This document shows positions 59,575 to 64,000 of a stretch of 64,000 nt of DNA, piece after piece; positions within the stretch are counted from its first letter, which is position 1; every line of letters starts with the position of its first letter. Origin of the DNA: Candidatus Rokuibacteriota bacterium (GTDB taxonomy: Bacteria > Methylomirabilota > Methylomirabilia > Rokubacteriales > CSP1-6); NCBI GenBank assembly GCA_003220435.1, contig QHSL01000060.1:47917-111916 (forward strand), given 5' to 3'. Both the position numbers and the translations under genes were made by a program. Under the pieces are notes generated by a model, which did not search any database, was not told where the DNA came from, and saw nothing but the letters and a program-made list of their open reading frames with translations.

Positions 59575-59587
59575 ACGAGTCCCCCTT

Positions 59588-59713
59588 GAATCGTATCCGC
59601 GCCTCCGCCGGCGGGGCCCCAGCCCCGCGACGGCGTGCGGCGCGCACTACGATTCGTATCCGCGCCTCCGCCGGCGGGGCCCCAGCCCCGCGACGGCGTG
59701 CGGCGCGCACTAC
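59588..59713. repeat. A 63-bp unit repeated twice in tandem, containing a GC-rich palindrome (REP-like). It lies in the divergent aldehyde-dehydrogenase / peptidase promoter region.
   Basis: GA(A/T)TCGTATCCGCGCCTCCGCCGGCGGGGCCCCAGCCCCGCGACGGCGTGCGGCGCGCACTAC occurs at 59588-59650 and 59651-59713. The outer stem is GCGCGCC/GGCGCGC and the inner stem is CGGGGC/GCCCCG. A diverged third copy lies at 23131-23184. Confidence 0.85.
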
Positions 59714-59757
59714 GATGGGGAGCGTACGCCTCACAACAGCTGGAGTAAAATACGAGT

Positions 59758-61500
59758 GTGACTCGCCGCCTGGTTGTCCCCTTTCTGTTGCTCGCGTCCC
59801 TGCTGGTCGCCGCCGCCGGGGCCTTCGCGCGAGCCGCCGTCGTCCCGCCCGACGCCGCGCGGCTGGGAGCCGACGTGGAGACGCTGGCCGCTCCGGATAT
59901 GGAGGGCCGCCGCTCGGGCACCGCCGGAGGCGATCGCGCGGCGCGCCAGATCGCCGACTGGCTCGCGGCCGCCGGCCTCCGTCCCGGAGGCGACGCGGGC
60001 TCGTATCTCCAGACGTTCGTCCTCGAGACCACGACGCGCCCGGCCGCCTCGAGCAGCCTGGAGCTCGTCGCGCCGTCGTCGCGGCGCTTCGAGTCCCTCC
60101 GCGACTGGAGCCCGCACGGTGGGTCGCTCGCCGGCGAGGCCAGCGGAGAGGTTGTCTTCGTCGGCTACGGCGCGGACCTGCCCGACGCCGGATACGACGA
60201 CTACGCGTCCGTCGACGTTCGCGGCAAGATCGCGCTCGCATTGGAGGGCGCGCCGGCACACCTCGGCGGAACACACGTGAGCCGCCTCGACAAGCTGATC
60301 GCCGCGAAGCGGCGCGGCGCCGCCGCGCTGCTACTCGCCGGCGACGAGCTGCCGGCGCCGGCCGCGACCGCGGCGCGGGTCGGCCTCGTGTCGGCAGCGC
60401 TGACGCGCGAGTCGGCCGACGTCCTGCTGGCTCCGGCCGGCCGAACGACGGCCGGAGTCGCGACGAGTCTGGTCGCGGCGCGCGCGCCGACGTCGTTCGC
60501 GACGGGCGCGCGCGTCAAGGTCCGGGTCGAGATGGTCGCGGACGAGATCCGGGCGGCGAACGTCGTGGGTGTCCTGCCCGGCACCGACCCGGTGCGCGCG
60601 GGCGAGGCCATCGTGATCGGCGCGCACTACGATCATCTCGGTCGCGCCAACGGTATCGTCTACCCCGGTGCCGATGACAATGCGTCCGGCAGCGCGGTCG
60701 TCCTCGGCCTGGCGCGCGCGTTCGGGGCGGCGGGCGGCGCCGAGCGAACGCTTGTCTTCGCGCTGTTCGGGGCCGAGGAGCTCGGGCTCCTGGGCTCGCG
60801 CCATTACGTGAGCCATCCGCTGATCCCTCTCACGAAGACCGTCGCGATGCTCAACTTCGACATGGTCGGAAGGATGCAGGGCACCCGCCTCACCATCGCC
60901 GGCGGCGACAGCGGCAGCGGACTTCGCGCGAAGGCGGAAGAGGCGGCCCAGAAGGAAAGCGTGACGGCCGAGCTCCTCGGCAATCCCCACGGCCCGTCCG
61001 ATCACAGCCAGTTCTATAGCGCGGGCGTTCCGGTGCTGTTCTTCTACACCGGCGGTCACGGTGACTATCACCGCCCGACCGACACCGCGGACAAGATCAA
61101 CGCGGCGGGCATGGCGCGCCTGAGCGCCGTCGCGGTGCGGATCATCGAGAACCTCGCAGGGGACGGCGCCCGGCCCGCCTACGCTCAGGTCCCGCGGCCG
61201 GCCGGGCGCCGGACGCCGTCCGGCGCCGCCCCCGGGGGCGCGTTCCTCGGCATCTCCGCGCCGCCCAGCGGCAACGACGGTCTTCGGGTGGCCAGTGTCG
61301 TCCCGGGGACAGCGGCCGCGCAGGCAGGCTTACGTGAGGGCGACGTGATCGTCCGCATCGCCGGGACGTTGATCGCCGGCCTGGAGGACGTGAGAACGCT
61401 GCTCCGTGACCGCCGGCCCGGCGACACCGTGTCGGTGCTCTACCTCAGGGACGGCGAGGCGCACGCCACGACAGCGACGCTCGGGGTCCGCGCGGACTAG
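59758..61500 (+). CDS. Secreted M28-family metallopeptidase with a PA-domain insert and a C-terminal PDZ domain.
   Basis: There is a signal peptide. HYDHLG and DDNASGSAVVLGLA are M28 zinc-ligand motifs, and FGAEELGLLGS and NFDMVG are present. The C-terminal PDZ reads GLRVASVVPGTAAAQAGLREGDVIVRIAG. The start is GTG at 59758. Confidence 0.8.
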   Translation: MTRRLVVPFLLLASLLVAAAGAFARAAVVPPDAARLGADVETLAAPDMEGRRSGTAGGDRAARQIADWLAAAGLRPGGDAGSYLQTFVLETTTRPAASSSLELVAPSSRRFESLRDWSPHGGSLAGEASGEVVFVGYGADLPDAGYDDYASVDVRGKIALALEGAPAHLGGTHVSRLDKLIAAKRRGAAALLLAGDELPAPAATAARVGLVSAALTRESADVLLAPAGRTTAGVATSLVAARAPTSFATGARVKVRVEMVADEIRAANVVGVLPGTDPVRAGEAIVIGAHYDHLGRANGIVYPGADDNASGSAVVLGLARAFGAAGGAERTLVFALFGAEELGLLGSRHYVSHPLIPLTKTVAMLNFDMVGRMQGTRLTIAGGDSGSGLRAKAEEAAQKESVTAELLGNPHGPSDHSQFYSAGVPVLFFYTGGHGDYHRPTDTADKINAAGMARLSAVAVRIIENLAGDGARPAYAQVPRPAGRRTPSGAAPGGAFLGISAPPSGNDGLRVASVVPGTAAAQAGLREGDVIVRIAGTLIAGLEDVRTLLRDRRPGDTVSVLYLRDGEAHATTATLGVRAD

Positions 61501-61532
61501 CGGTACGCACGAAGGGCGCTGAAGGAGCTCGC

Positions 61533-63143
61533 ATGGTCGACGCCGACGTGAGGGCCGCCGTGACGCTCACCGAGATGATGCGGCGTCGCGCCGCGCTCTC
61601 GCCCGATCGCCAGTACTTCCACCTGTTCGACGAGATCGTGACGTACGAGCGGCTCTGGGCGCAAAGCGGCCGGTACGCCGTCGGGCTGGCGCGCGCCGGC
61701 GTCGGCGCCGGCGACAAGGTCTGCTTGATCTATCCGACGTGCGCCGAGTTCTTCTACACGTTCTTCGGCGCGCTGCGGCTCGGCGCGATCCCGGTGCCGC
61801 TCTATCCCACGCTCGGCGTGGAGATGACGGCGAACATCTTCCGCGACTCCGAGGCGGTCGCGGTCACGACCATCGGCTGGTTCCGCAGCGGCGTGGACGA
61901 GAGCTGTGCGCTGGCGCCGAATGTCCGCATGGTGCTGGAGCCGCCCGACCTCGACGCGGAGACGGAATTTTCGCCGTTCGTCGAGGCAAAGGCCGAAGAC
62001 CTGGCGTTCCTGCAGTACACGTCGGGCAGCACGGGGCAGCCGCGCGGCGTGATGCTCACGCACGCGAACGTGGTGTCGACCATTCACTTCATGGCCGAGG
62101 CGGCCGGGCTCACCGCCGACGACCGCGTGGTGTCGTGGCTGCCGCTCTACCACGACATGGGCCTCATCGGCTGCTCCTTCACGCCGCCGCTCACCGCCAC
62201 GCCACTCTGGCTGCTGCCGCCCGACCTCCGCAACCCCCGCCAGTGGCTCACGCTGGTCACCGAGATCCGCGCGACGTTCACGGTCTCGCCGGACTTCGGA
62301 TACCGGAACTGCGTGCGCAACGTCCGCGACACCTCCGGGCTCGATCTGAGCAGCCTCAAGGCCGCCCTCTCCGGCGCCGAGCCGGTGCGGACGTCGACGA
62401 TCGAGGCGTTCGAGTCGCACTTCGGCCTGGAGCGGATCGTCCGGCCGTGTTACGGCCTGGCCGAGGCGACACTGGCGGTCGCCATCTGGCCGCGCGCGGT
62501 CCCGCTCCGGCTCGACGCGAGCAGGCGATTCCTCTCGGTGGGCCAGCCGTGCCGCGGCGTGTCGGTCCGCATCCTGGCGCCGCGGGACGAAGCGCCGAAC
62601 GCCGAGCGTCCGGTGGGCAAGGAAGGCGAGATCTGTGTCAAGAGCCCCGGGGTCATGAAGGGCTACTACAACAACCCGGCGGCGACGGCGAGGGTGCTCA
62701 TGCCGGGCGGCTGGCTCCGGACCGGCGACCTCGGGTTCGTCGACGCCGAAGGCTTTCTCTACGTGACCGGCCGCCTCAAGGACCTCATCATCCTGGGCGG
62801 CGTCAACGTGCTGCCGGCCGACATCGAGGAGGTCGTCGACCGCGTCGACGGCGTGCGCTACTCGGCCGCCGTCGGCATCGACAGCGAGCGGACCGGCACC
62901 CAGCGGCTGCACGTCGTCGCGGAGGTGCGCAGCGAGACCGCCTCGTCCGAGGACTACCACGGCCTCGTGCGCGAGATCACCAGCCGCGTCCACCGGGCGC
63001 GCGGCCACCGGCCGGCCCGGGTCATCCTCGTCCGGTCGAGCACGATTCCCAAGACGTCCAGCGGGAAGATTCAGCACTCGCGCCTGGTGCAGATGATCCA
63101 GGAGGACGAGCTCGGCGAGCGCGTGGTGTACGGCGATGCCTGA
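61533..63143 (+). CDS. Fatty acyl-AMP ligase (FAAL) / AMP-dependent synthetase.
   Basis: YTSGSTGQPRGVMLTH is AMP-binding motif I. YGLAE and GDLGF are present, and a lysine lies near the C-terminus (SSGKIQH). The pattern is FAAL-like and there is no CoA-ligase-specific motif I could verify. Confidence 0.85.
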   Translation: MVDADVRAAVTLTEMMRRRAALSPDRQYFHLFDEIVTYERLWAQSGRYAVGLARAGVGAGDKVCLIYPTCAEFFYTFFGALRLGAIPVPLYPTLGVEMTANIFRDSEAVAVTTIGWFRSGVDESCALAPNVRMVLEPPDLDAETEFSPFVEAKAEDLAFLQYTSGSTGQPRGVMLTHANVVSTIHFMAEAAGLTADDRVVSWLPLYHDMGLIGCSFTPPLTATPLWLLPPDLRNPRQWLTLVTEIRATFTVSPDFGYRNCVRNVRDTSGLDLSSLKAALSGAEPVRTSTIEAFESHFGLERIVRPCYGLAEATLAVAIWPRAVPLRLDASRRFLSVGQPCRGVSVRILAPRDEAPNAERPVGKEGEICVKSPGVMKGYYNNPAATARVLMPGGWLRTGDLGFVDAEGFLYVTGRLKDLIILGGVNVLPADIEEVVDRVDGVRYSAAVGIDSERTGTQRLHVVAEVRSETASSEDYHGLVREITSRVHRARGHRPARVILVRSSTIPKTSSGKIQHSRLVQMIQEDELGERVVYGDA

Positions 63144-64000
63144 GCTACGCTTCGGCTGCCATCTCCCGGTCTACGGCGCCGCCGCGACGCGCGACGTGCT
63201 GCTCGGCTTCGCGCGGCGCATGGAAGCCCTCGGCTACGACTCGTTGTGGGCGAGCGACCACGTCGTGATCCCGTACGCGATCGCGTCGAAATATCCGTAC
63301 AGCCCGACCGGCGACTTTCCCCTACCGCCCACCGCCAGCTTCCTCGAGCCGCTGGTGGCGCTCGGCCTCGTCGCCGGGGCGACCGAGCGCATCCGTCTGG
63401 GCACGACCGTCCTCGTCCTGCCTCATCGTCACCCCCTGCTCGCCGCCAAGATGCTCGCGACGCTCGATCACCTGGCACCCGGGCGCGTCGTTCTCGGCGC
63501 GGGCGTCGGCTGGATGAAGGAGGAGATCGAGCTGTTCGGCGTCCCCTACGAACGACGGGGCGCCTGGAGCGACGAGGCGATCCGGGTCATGAAGGCGTGC
63601 TGGCGCGACGAGCGCGTGGCGCACCGGGGCGAGTTCTTTCGCTTTGACGCGCTCGGCGTCGCTCCCAAGCCCGCGCGCGGGACGATTCCGATCTGGATCG
63701 GCGGCCACACGCGCCGCGCGCTCCGGCGCGTGGTCGAGCTCGGCGACGGCTGGCACGCCGCGTTCCCCAGCGCCGATAAGATGCGGGCCGGGCTCGCCGA
63801 TCTGGCGACGGCCTGCGGCAAGGCCGGGCGTGACGTGAAGTCGCTCACGATCAGCGCGCGCATGGGGATGCCGGCGCGTCAGGACGCCGAGGCGCTCGTG
63901 CGCGAGATCCGCGACCTCGCTGCCCTCGGCGTGACCCACGTCATTCTGGAATCGCGCGTCCGCGACCTCGACGATCTGATCTCGCTCTACGAGAAGTTCG
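63135..64000 (+). CDS. LLM-class (luciferase-like) flavin/F420-dependent oxidoreductase, truncated at the window end.
   Basis: MPELRFGCHLPVYG...YDSLWASDHVVIP...VLGAGVGWMKEEIELFG...IWIGGHT is the LLM fold. The ATG at 63135 overlaps the FAAL stop (ATGCCTGA). The frame is open to position 64000. Confidence 0.8.

Overview
This is a high-GC (roughly 70% by eye) bacterial chromosomal window that is densely coded on both strands; I called about 55 genes and no rRNA, tRNA or CRISPR. Many long ORFs in the six-frame track are high-GC artefacts or fusions of two real genes, so I re-derived starts and ends by reading the sequence. 

The main contents, in order, are as follows.
- **Halogenated acyl natural-product locus (1-4737):** a Rieske oxygenase (partial), an acyl carrier protein (ACP), a free-standing condensation-domain protein, an acyl-AMP ligase and a flavin-dependent halogenase with a WxWxIP motif.
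- **Methyl and redox genes (4977-8266):** a UbiE-type methyltransferase, a Zn alcohol dehydrogenase, a VOC-family (glyoxalase-like) protein and a GntR regulator.
- **Methionine locus (8359-12287):** an unknown 483-aa protein, a core MetE that has only the C-terminal catalytic domain, and a fused MetF-MetV methylene-THF reductase.
- **Nickel module (12601-15134):** a nikR regulator and a TonB-dependent receptor, flanked by two unusual long-stem hairpin elements that share a conserved loop.
- **Pilus/secretion ATPase and redox genes (15421-21852):** a PilB/GspE ATPase with an N-terminal GAF domain, a DAO oxidoreductase, an FprA-like reductase, a CBS protein and MeaB.
- **Ammonium locus (22800-26414):** a Fis-type HTH gene, a porin, a decayed glnK remnant and amt with a sigma-54 promoter.
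- **Assorted small genes (26713-31374):** two GGCT/AIG2 proteins, a cNMP-binding protein, a DCC oxidoreductase, a class III aminotransferase and a FabH C-terminal-only protein.
- **Eight-gene minus-strand operon (31434-39521):** an aminotransferase, two hotdog dehydratases, a TPP enzyme, two Tat-signal solute-binding proteins and two ABC permeases.
- **Remaining genes (39565-64000):** an FGE-like protein, an internally duplicated membrane protein, a methyltransferase, an enoyl-CoA hydratase, a 2035-aa multi-GAF hybrid histidine kinase, pyruvate kinase, UvrA with an in-frame pentapeptide repeat insertion, PIG-L deacetylase, YbaK, aldehyde dehydrogenase, M28/PDZ peptidase, a fatty acyl-AMP ligase (FAAL) and an LLM oxidoreductase (partial).

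The most striking observation is that three separate thioredoxin-fold genes each carry an in-frame TGA exactly where the first Cys of a CxxC redox motif should be, each followed by a hairpin. These are candidate selenoproteins that automated callers would split or truncate. The window also contains several families of repeated palindromic and tandem elements.
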